A stretch of DNA of 64,000 nucleotides from Bdellovibrio sp. (GTDB taxonomy: Bacteria > Bdellovibrionota > Bdellovibrionia > Bdellovibrionales > Bdellovibrionaceae). The stretch spans positions 1,600,001-1,664,000 of the forward strand of contig JAKFCY010000002.1 of assembly GCA_036676395.1 (NCBI GenBank). Direction: 5' to 3'. Both the position numbers and the translations under genes were made by a program. The notes beneath the pieces were generated by a model that was given only the letters and a program-made list of their open reading frames with translations, made no database searches and was not told the origin of the DNA. Below, one piece after another: positions 48,482 through 57,452 of this stretch. Each line of letters begins with the position of its first letter. The first letter of the stretch is position 1.

Positions 48482-49210
48482 CTAACTCGTATACACATCA
48501 TTCATCATTTTATAGATTTTTTCTTGTAACGCCGTACGATCTGCATTCGATAGACCTACTGTAGGCACCGGCTTTAACACATGCACTTCAATAGTGCGCT
48601 TCCAACGATCAGAATTAGCTAATAGTTTACCTTTAGGCCAAATGGCATAGGCCCCCTTAATAACAACAGGAACCAGCGGCACTTGCGATGTTATACCAAA
48701 CACAAATGGCCCGGCCTTAAACGGTAAAAGTTTTTCGTCATCATGAAAACGGCCGCCTTCAGGAGATAAAGCAAAACGCTCACCTCTGGAAAAGCGCACT
48801 TTAGCTTCTTCGTAAACTTTAAAAACTTCTTCTCTGTTAGATCTGGCAATAGGAAGAGTTCCGAACCTGCGCATGCACGCGCCAAAAACCGGAATCTTAA
48901 ATAATTCAATTTTAGCCCCGAAGCGAATGTTATATAAACTTCCGCACAGAGCAAAAATATCCATAAAGCTTGAGTGGTTAAATAAAATAACTGCCCCCTG
49001 CTTGGGATCTAAATTTTCGCCGCCGAACACTTTAAGTTCAACGTTAAAAACCAAAAATGTCAGCTTAGACCACGTGGTCATAATCCAGTTATCGAAAGAT
49101 CTTCGGTTAAATAAAATATTAATCACTACGCCCTGAGCAGATAAATAGCCTGTGATCAATACGAATAAGAAACTCGCAATCAACGAACGTATGAACAAAA
49201 TTACTTTCAT
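48482..49210 (-). CDS. plsC: 1-acyl-sn-glycerol-3-phosphate acyltransferase
   Basis: NHSSFMD, PEG and PFKAG. Confidence 0.88.
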   Translation of the reverse strand: MKVILFIRSLIASFLFVLITGYLSAQGVVINILFNRRSFDNWIMTTWSKLTFLVFNVELKVFGGENLDPKQGAVILFNHSSFMDIFALCGSLYNIRFGAKIELFKIPVFGACMRRFGTLPIARSNREEVFKVYEEAKVRFSRGERFALSPEGGRFHDDEKLLPFKAGPFVFGITSQVPLVPVVIKGAYAIWPKGKLLANSDRWKRTIEVHVLKPVPTVGLSNADRTALQEKIYKMMNDVYTS

Positions 49211-50340
49211 GTCGACAGGATCCTTTTTCTGGCCGCTGTGATCTGACGATTTTTATAGGCTTCATGATCGGTATCGCCGATTTGCATTTTTTCATATGCC
49301 TGTTGATCCATGATCTGAACCTCGAAAGGATAGAAAAATGAAAATTCTTTCGCATTTTGCCCACCCGAAGAATTTAATCCAGGGGCAATTTTAATTAATT
49401 TACGACAGATAAATTTAATATATCTAAAATCAATTGATGAATATGGGTTTTCTTTACGAAATAACTTTAAAAGTGGATTAGTGCTCACTTTCAACTGTTG
49501 CCGAAGCAAACGATCAACTTTAGCAGAATCCATCATAAATTCTTTGCCATGCTTAGCTTGTAAGTGTTCACACACCTCTAAGAACTCTTGCACCGGATAC
49601 ATGTTATTTGAAGACTGATCCGGCATAATATGCGGATAGCTAATCAAATTTGCATCCGTTAAATAACGAATGACCTGAAACGAATCAAAGATCGTAGGCG
49701 TTACGATACGCACGCCTAGTTTATCAAAAACTTTAACGGCTAAGGCATCAGGTTTGGCTAAAAGCTTAATAACCGTCGATGTTGAAGTTTTAAATGGCTT
49801 AGTTTGAAACTTATGTAATTCAACTTTATTTGTGTCGTCTTTATGCAGCGGTTTAAAATAAAGTTTATCATGATGTTCAACTGCATTTTCAAAAGGAATT
49901 AAAATCTGCCTTTGAATTTCTTCAGCAAAATGCGAGAACAGATCAGTCTCTGAATGCACGAACACATGAATACAACGCAACATCGCACACGCCCACTTTT
50001 GAATCTTAGAATCATCATGGTGGGTCGCCCACACTAAAAGATTACGCATATCTTTTAAGTGTTCGGGGTTTTTAATCTCTTTCGGGATTTCATCGATATT
50101 AAATTTTAATTTTTCGGTCATCAACACCACAGAGCGGCGGTGAAAATACCAAAGACGTTTTAAATCTTCTTCATGAGAATAATCAAAGCCATAACTTTTA
50201 ACAAAAGCATCGGCCTGTTCAATATTGTGAATATAAAGTTTGGATTGATCTAACGTCGAAGCTCCACCTGCGATAACAGATAGAGCTGTAGGATCGAACT
50301 TAAAATGCGATTGGCTATGATGGCCGCTAGATGAGTGCAT
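49207..50340 (-). CDS. TIGR04552-like protein (RelA/SpoT-like nucleotidyltransferase motifs)
   Basis: KTSTSTVIKLLAK, FDKLGVRIV, NPYS..DFRYIKF.CR and PFEVQIMD. Confidence 0.75.
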   Translation of the reverse strand: MHSSSGHHSQSHFKFDPTALSVIAGGASTLDQSKLYIHNIEQADAFVKSYGFDYSHEEDLKRLWYFHRRSVVLMTEKLKFNIDEIPKEIKNPEHLKDMRNLLVWATHHDDSKIQKWACAMLRCIHVFVHSETDLFSHFAEEIQRQILIPFENAVEHHDKLYFKPLHKDDTNKVELHKFQTKPFKTSTSTVIKLLAKPDALAVKVFDKLGVRIVTPTIFDSFQVIRYLTDANLISYPHIMPDQSSNNMYPVQEFLEVCEHLQAKHGKEFMMDSAKVDRLLRQQLKVSTNPLLKLFRKENPYSSIDFRYIKFICRKLIKIAPGLNSSGGQNAKEFSFFYPFEVQIMDQQAYEKMQIGDTDHEAYKNRQITAARKRILST

Positions 50341-50352
50341 TGACCTCAGAGA

Positions 50353-51021
50353 CTATTTAATAATTCCGCAGCGAGCAACATAGAATTGACCTAACACACC
50401 AGAAGCTGCTGAACCACCGGTCACATTGACTGAATTTACGAAGCTAACTTGGCCTGATAAGTACTCACCGCTCAAATTTCCATCAAATCTGATCTCGCCG
50501 TACTGATCGCGAAAGATCACGTAACCTGAGCCTGTTTGCATATTAAATTGGCCTTCTGCAGCAGTCGTAAATTCGATAGGGATCGGTTGGTATTGATTTG
50601 TGCCATCAGTTGCGGATTGTAAAACAAAGCTATCGTAAACTTTAATTAAGATTTTAGTTTGCGCTAAATTAACTGTTCCGTTTGATTCGATTTTGATTTG
50701 GCCTTGAAAGCGAACACCTGTTTGATCACTTGGTGATGAAGAGATTTGACCGATTTCATTTGGATCAATCGTTGCTGATAACAAACCTTTTACGCGAGCT
50801 TCGAAATTTCCGTTTGAGTATAGACTTGCTTGCGTTCCTTGATCGTAAATTGTACCAATCGAAGAAAGATTATTTCCGCAATAGTTTTGAGTAAAGGTTC
50901 CATTTGTTGTTCCCGCTACCGTTGTGCGCAAGGCACCCGATGTACGTTTAGATGTTTCCTTATTAGGGTTACAACCGTTAAGAGTTAAAGCAATAATTGT
51001 GAGTAATAATACATTTTTCAT
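50353..51021 (-). CDS. Lipoprotein, unknown function
   Basis: AGGAG RBS, lipobox LNGC, beta-rich sequence. Confidence 0.75.
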   Translation of the reverse strand: MKNVLLLTIIALTLNGCNPNKETSKRTSGALRTTVAGTTNGTFTQNYCGNNLSSIGTIYDQGTQASLYSNGNFEARVKGLLSATIDPNEIGQISSSPSDQTGVRFQGQIKIESNGTVNLAQTKILIKVYDSFVLQSATDGTNQYQPIPIEFTTAAEGQFNMQTGSGYVIFRDQYGEIRFDGNLSGEYLSGQVSFVNSVNVTGGSAASGVLGQFYVARCGIIK

Positions 51022-51044
51022 ATAAGACTCCTACAACCCTATAG

Positions 51045-51060
51045 TACAAACGGGGTGCCA
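51045..51060 (-). promoter_or_regulatory. Putative sigma54 promoter
   Basis: Minus strand TGGCACCCCGTTTGTA. Confidence 0.6.
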
Positions 51061-51353
51061 ACATTTCTGTCTCACCCTGAGAAACAGGTTTTGTTATATT
51101 GGATTTGAGGAGTCCAAGACAATTACTGCCTAGAACCTTAGACAACTGTCAGGTTTCTAACAGGCTATGAGCTCCATGGTTTTGGTCCTACGCCTGAACA
51201 AAAGTTCTAAAGTAGTTTTACTTAAAAGAAGAAAAAGCCTCTAATATGGCACTTGAACAATGCTTTGACGGTCTAAAAGAACCTCTTGGATTTGAATGTG
51301 CCTTCTTTTTGCATCAACTTGACTTAATAAACCATTATAACAAAGAAGGTCTT

Positions 51354-51650
51354 ATGAAAATGCATTTAGCTTTATTCACCATTTTGGTATCTTTAAATTC
51401 TTTTGGATATGTTAAAGTAAATCCTTATACCGTGATTAATTATCAATTTAGTGAAATGGTCACTGAGGACGCAAGTGCCGAAGATTTACTTGTAAAATGC
51501 CAAGCTTCTCTTGTCGCCGAGCAAGCTCGATTAACTGCCGCTGGAGACTATGTTTTTCCAGTGACCGACTGCACGATTCGAATCAGCCAGGACTCTCAAA
51601 AAAATATTCAACTTGTTAGTGGCAGTCTTTCGGCTATTCACGAGTTATAA
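51354..51650 (+). CDS. Small secreted hypothetical protein
   Basis: Signal peptide from ATG 51354 and one Cys pair. Confidence 0.6.
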   Translation: MKMHLALFTILVSLNSFGYVKVNPYTVINYQFSEMVTEDASAEDLLVKCQASLVAEQARLTAAGDYVFPVTDCTIRISQDSQKNIQLVSGSLSAIHEL

Positions 51651-51666
51651 AGCTAAATAGACTTTA

Positions 51667-51745
51667 TGAACCTACCTCGATTTGATGGACACCAGATTTT
51701 GTGGTAAACACACAAAGGACAGGAGTCCACATGGTTAGAGGTTCT
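51667..51745. mobile_element. IS3-family-end-like remnant / MITE-like inverted repeat
   Basis: TGAACCTACCTCGATTTGATGGACACC resembles IS3-family terminal repeats. A degenerate inverted partner follows (GGAGTCCA...AGGTTC). Confidence 0.4.
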
Positions 51746-51879
51746 GAAATTAGCTGATCAATCCGCCGTCATCGCGCCACTCATCGTATGGCCTACAGCT
51801 TTACGCATAAATAAATCTTTAAATACTGACAAGTCAGCTATTGGCCACTGTCAGATCAAATCCTAACTTCTACAACTAA

Positions 51880-52449
51880 TTAATTGTCTAGTGGGTTTCT
51901 TTCGTAAACTTCCTTCACAGCATTAACATTGTTTTTTAATGACGCCGCAGAGGCGCAAGTTGCTTTAATTTGCAACTGACTCGGAGCTTGATCTGCAGTG
52001 AATTTTAATTGAGTTTCTGATGTGCCTTCAAATTGAAGTGAGCGGTCTACCACGATTTCACCCTGCGTAGTCATACGTCCTGTCCCACATGATTCATTAA
52101 TATCATAAACAGAAGACTCTGTGTAGTAACCAGGAATTATGCTGTAGTACAAAGTGTCTTTTTTTCCTCTGATAATAAGGCGATTTGCATCAATGGTTGC
52201 AATCCCATTCTCATCTGTGAGCGCTATTTGAATATCATTTACGACTTCAACATCATATTTTTTCTTGAACAAATTAGAAAACCAACTCCCACTGTTACCA
52301 CCAGATCCTCTTTCGGTCGTCGAGGCTTTAATTGAGATAGGAAAATCACTCACCGGTTCGCCCGAAGCATCCAAGACGCGAACTTGAAGAGCAGAGGCAG
52401 AGCCCACATAAACCATCATTGTGATTAAAATAAAACTAATTGATTTCAT
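51880..52449 (-). CDS. Secreted protein with N-terminal prealbumin/Ig-like strand motifs
   Basis: Signal peptide. VRVLDASGEPV and TDENG. Confidence 0.65.
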   Translation of the reverse strand: MKSISFILITMMVYVGSASALQVRVLDASGEPVSDFPISIKASTTERGSGGNSGSWFSNLFKKKYDVEVVNDIQIALTDENGIATIDANRLIIRGKKDTLYYSIIPGYYTESSVYDINESCGTGRMTTQGEIVVDRSLQFEGTSETQLKFTADQAPSQLQIKATCASAASLKNNVNAVKEVYERNPLDN

Positions 52450-52530
52450 AAAATATCCTTTCAAAAGGGACCACGATATTTTATATGCAATTCCTATGAA
52501 GGCACTAGATGCAATCTAAAAGGTCTTTGA

Positions 52531-52547
52531 TGTCAAAATTTTTGACA
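52531..52547. promoter_or_regulatory. Perfect palindrome, candidate regulator binding site
   Basis: TGTCAAAA-T-TTTTGACA in the intergenic region. Confidence 0.5.
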
Positions 52548-52574
52548 CTAACAAAAAGTGTTTCCAGAATATGT

Positions 52575-53729
52575 TTAGTTTGAGTTAAGCCATTCAGCCA
52601 CAACCGCAGATTCATTGATCACGCGCTGGCTAATAGCTAAATCTACACCAAAGTAACCAACACCTCGCAATTGGTGCGTGTTAAAAACTTGGGTACTTTT
52701 ATTTTCTAAATTGTAATTCGCATTTGTGTATTTAAACGCTGAAAATAAATTCTGATCTACAGTCGCGGGCAATTTTAGCGATAAATACTCACGTGCGGCT
52801 TGCGCAATATGACAATTTACACAGTCCATGCTTTCAGGATTAAAAAGATTTGGATTTTCAATCGCGTACGAGGCCTGAAGATTTGCAATAGCTTCTGCTT
52901 CAGTAAACACACCTGATGTTGTTGCTTGCTGAACAAAACCACCTAAATTTGATTCTGGAGCTACGGGCGGCTGGGCAATGCCTGCGCCTGTGTAGCCTTT
53001 TGAATTATTAAGTTGGTTAAAAAACATTTGCGAAGTTTTACCGTCTAATCGAGGAATTGCTCCGACAACAAGTTTACCATCAACAACTTCAGCTCCTAAA
53101 AATCCCCAAACATCGTTCATACGGCGCAATACCATGACTGTGACACGACTCAGATTTTTTTCGCCAGCGTACTTAGTAATTAATGTGTTGAATTCACCTA
53201 ATGAAGGACTTTGATCTAAATCTTTTTTCCAGAACGGATGAATGTCTAAAGCTGCTTTTGCATTATCGATTTCAGCTGTTTGAAATTTCTTTTTCCAAGT
53301 TTTTAGATCTGCAATCAGGGATGCGAATTCTTCATCAGTTAAAACATAGAAACTGTGAAAAGCGGCATCAATTGTTGTAACACCTGTGCTGGTTGCTTTG
53401 AGTGGCTGCCAAATCATGCGAATTTGTTTTTGACAGGCCATCGGTGTCGGCAGCGGAAAGCAGTTATCAATACGAACTGTCATCAATCGTGTCATTGCAT
53501 TGATTTCATTTTTTTCGTGCTGCATATCCATGAACGGAAGCTGCATCACCATCGCTTCTGGAACTAATGCTCCTTTAGAGCCTTCTGATTGCAATTTAAG
53601 TAAGTTATTTTCTGCAGCATCAGTTGGTAGCGGCATGATGTAAGTGACGTCGTTTAATCCCCATGAAAGATCTGAGGCTTGAACTAAGAATGGAATCACG
53701 AAAATAAAAGGTAAAATTAATAGTTTCAT
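52575..53729 (-). CDS. Secreted protein with a single CxxCH heme-c motif
   Basis: Signal peptide. MDCVNCHIA near the C-terminus. Confidence 0.7.
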   Translation of the reverse strand: MKLLILPFIFVIPFLVQASDLSWGLNDVTYIMPLPTDAAENNLLKLQSEGSKGALVPEAMVMQLPFMDMQHEKNEINAMTRLMTVRIDNCFPLPTPMACQKQIRMIWQPLKATSTGVTTIDAAFHSFYVLTDEEFASLIADLKTWKKKFQTAEIDNAKAALDIHPFWKKDLDQSPSLGEFNTLITKYAGEKNLSRVTVMVLRRMNDVWGFLGAEVVDGKLVVGAIPRLDGKTSQMFFNQLNNSKGYTGAGIAQPPVAPESNLGGFVQQATTSGVFTEAEAIANLQASYAIENPNLFNPESMDCVNCHIAQAAREYLSLKLPATVDQNLFSAFKYTNANYNLENKSTQVFNTHQLRGVGYFGVDLAISQRVINESAVVAEWLNSN

Positions 53730-53825
53730 GGCTCTGAAGTCTTGTCGTAAAGGATTCCGGAATCAATGAAGAAAAGTTACAGGCCAAGCAATCGAATGTG
53801 AGTTGATAATACAAATGCTTAAACG

Positions 53826-54353
53826 TTAGCCAACGCTATGTTGGTGCATATTTATGCGTTCGCGCACCATGCCATAGATAGCAATAAAGAACCCTAAAAC
53901 AATGGCCATATCTGCCACGTTAAACACACCCGTTCTTAAAAACGGAGAGACTTGAAAATCCATGAACATAAAATCGATCACATGACCATTTTCATGCGTC
54001 AGACGATCAATCACATTACCAATGCCACCAGCTAAAATAAATGAATACGCTAACAAGTCTGATAAATTCATTTTGTTTTTAACCAATGACCAAAGCATCA
54101 CAACTAAACCTACTAAAACGAATAAGCCGAACACCACAAAGCGTATTGATCTGGGCATATCGCCACCCATACCAAGAAATGCTCCCGGGTTTTCAGCGTA
54201 AACAAACTGGAATAATCCGCCAAAGTACATAATCGGAGCTTTTCCGACTAAGTGTTCAACGGCCAACACCTTAGTCCATTGATCAACAGCCACAACAGTG
54301 ATTAGAATTAGAAATAATATGAGAAGTCTCTGGCCTGTTGCTAAATTATTCAT
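53826..54353 (-). CDS. lspA: Lipoprotein signal peptidase II
   Basis: DQWTK, NPGAF, GNVIDR, VIDF and FNVAD. Confidence 0.93.
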   Translation of the reverse strand: MNNLATGQRLLILFLILITVVAVDQWTKVLAVEHLVGKAPIMYFGGLFQFVYAENPGAFLGMGGDMPRSIRFVVFGLFVLVGLVVMLWSLVKNKMNLSDLLAYSFILAGGIGNVIDRLTHENGHVIDFMFMDFQVSPFLRTGVFNVADMAIVLGFFIAIYGMVRERINMHQHSVG

Positions 54354-55260
54354 GCTTTCATTTTGCTTAATTGCCGAAGCTTCGGCAACTGAAAAAGTCT
54401 CGCCCTATGTGGGATTGGGATCAGACATGTTCGCTTTTAATATAGATAGCTTTAGCGATGCCCAGAAAGAACTCGCCTATGAGCCCAATATTCCCGGCCT
54501 TACGCGCGTGGGAATCAGCGCTTTTGGCTTAGGGGCGTCACTTTCGACCCGCGGCTCCGCAAAAGATTTAGAAGAAGCTAAGGGTGAAAGCGAGTTTTTT
54601 GATTTTCAAGTGGGCTACCACAACACCAAATGGGGTGTTGATCTGTACGTGCAAAACTATGAAGGTTTTTATCTTAAAAATTCTGAAGATGTTGGCGGCA
54701 CCTCTGACTATTATCTTTTTCCTGATGTTAAATTTAATCATTACGGCTTAATGGGTCGCTATGCTTTAGATAACAATGGCTTTTCAATTTCTGGATTATT
54801 AAATCAATCTGATGAAATTACAAAATCTGCAGGCAGTTATTTTTTAATTGGTGGACTTCGTCAACATAGCTTTGAAACAGAAAACACACTGATCCCAGCC
54901 CCCCTTCAGGGTGTTAATGTTGATATGGATAATTTAAGAAAACTTTCAGTGAATACATTAAATCTGGGAGTTGGTGCTGGTAAGTACTGGGTATCGTCTT
55001 CAAAATTTTTTATCGGAGCCGTAATTGATGCGATGGGAACGTTTGGACTCTATAAATACACGCTCACTACCGAAAATCGTTCAAGCGATTACGGCACCTT
55101 AAGTGTCTCAGCAAAATTAGGAACAGGCTATGCCGGAAAAAAATGGCGCTCTGGCATTAGCGCTTATACGGACTCAACAACTCTTCAGGCTCTTGATCGA
55201 ACGTACATAAAACCTCAGGCCATGGCCTTTATGATTTATGTACGTTATGTTTTTGATTAA
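54319..55260 (+). CDS. DUF4421-like outer-membrane beta-barrel protein
   Basis: Signal peptide, YEPN, YEGFY, QS....KSAGS and an aromatic C-terminus (YVRYVFD). Start is uncertain (54319 or 54352). Confidence 0.7.
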   Translation: MRSLWPVAKLFMLSFCLIAEASATEKVSPYVGLGSDMFAFNIDSFSDAQKELAYEPNIPGLTRVGISAFGLGASLSTRGSAKDLEEAKGESEFFDFQVGYHNTKWGVDLYVQNYEGFYLKNSEDVGGTSDYYLFPDVKFNHYGLMGRYALDNNGFSISGLLNQSDEITKSAGSYFLIGGLRQHSFETENTLIPAPLQGVNVDMDNLRKLSVNTLNLGVGAGKYWVSSSKFFIGAVIDAMGTFGLYKYTLTTENRSSDYGTLSVSAKLGTGYAGKKWRSGISAYTDSTTLQALDRTYIKPQAMAFMIYVRYVFD

Positions 55261-55263
55261 TTC

Positions 55264-57444
55264 TTAATTATAAAATTTCTTACCAGAACTTGCACGCTCA
55301 GCTAATTTAACACTTGGTGATAAACGAGCTTTAGCATTCCTGCTAGATGCGTAGTGAGTTAAACGCTCAGCTACGTACTTACAACCAACGCTATCAGCAT
55401 ACTTTAATAAACCACCACGGAATGGCGGAAATCCTGTACCCATAATCATCGCAAGATCGACTTCATGCGGAGTCTCAACGATTTTATCTGCATCTAAAGC
55501 TAAACAGCATTCGTTAATCATCGCAAACACACCGCGCTCAACACACTCTTTTGCATCATACGGGTTTGTACGCGCACTTAAGCCAAGTTCAGTGTAAACA
55601 GATTGATCGACTTCAGTTTTACGACCGTTGTGATCATACTTGTAAAAGCCTAAATTAGTTTTTTGACCTAACCGTGATTTATTTGCGGCAAGTTTTTCCA
55701 TGATTGGACTTACTTCAACGCGATCTGGATAAGCTGCACTAAATATTTTTAGAACTTTTGCACCCACATCTAAACCAACGCTATCCATTAATTCAAATGG
55801 ACCCATTGGCATACCAAATTTTAAGTAAGCTTTATCGACAGATTCGATATCCATGCCTTCAGTTAACAAGAAAGCCGCTTCTGCCATGTATGGTAATAAT
55901 AGACGATTTACTAAAAAGCCTGGACCGTCTTTTACAACTACTGGCATTTTTCCCATTTTTTTCGACAATTCAAAAACCGTAGAAATTGTTTCATCCGAAG
56001 ATTTTGGTCCGCGAATAACTTCAACTAATGGCATTTTGTGAACCGGAGAGAAAAAGTGCATACCTGCAAAATATTCTGGACGTGGATGACCATCAGCCAT
56101 TTCAGTCACAGATAATGATGAAGTGTTTGTTACGATAATTGCATCTTCACGCATATTTTTTGCAGTTTCTGCGATGACTTTTTTCTTAATATTCATATCT
56201 TCAACGATAGCTTCAACAACCACATCTAGGTTTTTGAATCCTGAAAAATCAAGAGTCGTAGAAACTAACGAAGTTTTTTGCGCGAATTGATAATTATCAA
56301 TCACTTTTTTCTTAGTTAATTTTTTCCAAAGATCGTAAGCATGTTTTAAGGCTTTAACGTTAGCATCATGAGAAATATCTTTTACACGCACGCCGATACC
56401 TTTATCAGCCGCCACATAAGCAATACCGCCACCCATTGTTCCGGCACCTAAAACACCGATATTTTTAACTGGTTTTGCTTTTACATTTTTATCGGCAACG
56501 CCAGTAGATTTTTTAACCATTTCAGTTAAATAAAATACGTGAATTAAGTTTTTAGAAATATCAGTTAAAGCACATCTTACAAAGTGATCTTTTTCGATCT
56601 CTAAGGCTTTCGCACGATCAGACATGCCGTAAGATTTTTTAATCACTTCTAAAGCTTCAAGCGGAGCTGGGTAATGACCTTTAGTCGCTTTTAAAGTGGC
56701 TTTTTTAGCTTGTGAAAACACAACGCCTTTTAATGGCCCTTCTAAAAGTTTTGCAACCATTCCTTTAGGACGGAACGTCTTTCTGCGTTTACCCTTACCA
56801 GAAGCTAAAATCTTTTCGATTTCTTTTTCTGCAAATGATTCTAACAAATTAGGATGAACCATGTAATCAACTAAACCGATTTTTAAAGCTTTTTTAGCGG
56901 CTAATAATTTACCAGCTAAAATCACATCTAATGCGGCTTGAATACCAACAACACGTGGTAAACGCACACAGCCGCCAAACCCAGGTAGAATTCCTAATTG
57001 AGTTTCTGGAAGGCCAATGCGAGTTGATGAATCATCTGAAGCGATACGATAATCACAGGCTAAGATAAATTCACAACCTCCGCCAGCGCAAGCGCCGTTG
57101 ATCAAAGCCATTGTTGGCATTGGCAGATCTTCAACCATGTTCATGATTTCTTGACCACCGCCGACGGCGTGACGAACAGCTTCTTCAGTATTTAATGCTT
57201 TGATTTCTTCAATATCTGCGCCAGCGATAAAAATTTTCGGCTTTACTGATTTAAAAACAACAAATTTATATGACGACGTACTTAACTTTTGAATAAGTGC
57301 TTTGAATTCATTCATCACCGGAGTTGAAAACTTATTAACTTTTTCTCCTGGTAAATCAAAAGTAACTGTCGCAATTCCGTTTTTTTCAGTTACAGAAAAT
57401 GCTTTTGCAGATGTATTTCCTTGAGTGGTTTTTTCTAATTCCAT
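55264..57444 (-). CDS. fadJ: Fatty-acid oxidation complex alpha subunit
   Basis: Enoyl-CoA hydratase domain (FIAGADI) plus HAD domain (GAGTMG, GMHFFSP, GFPPFRGG). Confidence 0.92.
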   Translation of the reverse strand: MELEKTTQGNTSAKAFSVTEKNGIATVTFDLPGEKVNKFSTPVMNEFKALIQKLSTSSYKFVVFKSVKPKIFIAGADIEEIKALNTEEAVRHAVGGGQEIMNMVEDLPMPTMALINGACAGGGCEFILACDYRIASDDSSTRIGLPETQLGILPGFGGCVRLPRVVGIQAALDVILAGKLLAAKKALKIGLVDYMVHPNLLESFAEKEIEKILASGKGKRRKTFRPKGMVAKLLEGPLKGVVFSQAKKATLKATKGHYPAPLEALEVIKKSYGMSDRAKALEIEKDHFVRCALTDISKNLIHVFYLTEMVKKSTGVADKNVKAKPVKNIGVLGAGTMGGGIAYVAADKGIGVRVKDISHDANVKALKHAYDLWKKLTKKKVIDNYQFAQKTSLVSTTLDFSGFKNLDVVVEAIVEDMNIKKKVIAETAKNMREDAIIVTNTSSLSVTEMADGHPRPEYFAGMHFFSPVHKMPLVEVIRGPKSSDETISTVFELSKKMGKMPVVVKDGPGFLVNRLLLPYMAEAAFLLTEGMDIESVDKAYLKFGMPMGPFELMDSVGLDVGAKVLKIFSAAYPDRVEVSPIMEKLAANKSRLGQKTNLGFYKYDHNGRKTEVDQSVYTELGLSARTNPYDAKECVERGVFAMINECCLALDADKIVETPHEVDLAMIMGTGFPPFRGGLLKYADSVGCKYVAERLTHYASSRNAKARLSPSVKLAERASSGKKFYN

Positions 57445-57452
57445 GTTCTCAA

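Noticed and set aside
52486..52502. Possible sigma54 site upstream of the 52449 gene
   Set aside because: TTGCA is present, but the -24 GG is replaced by TT.
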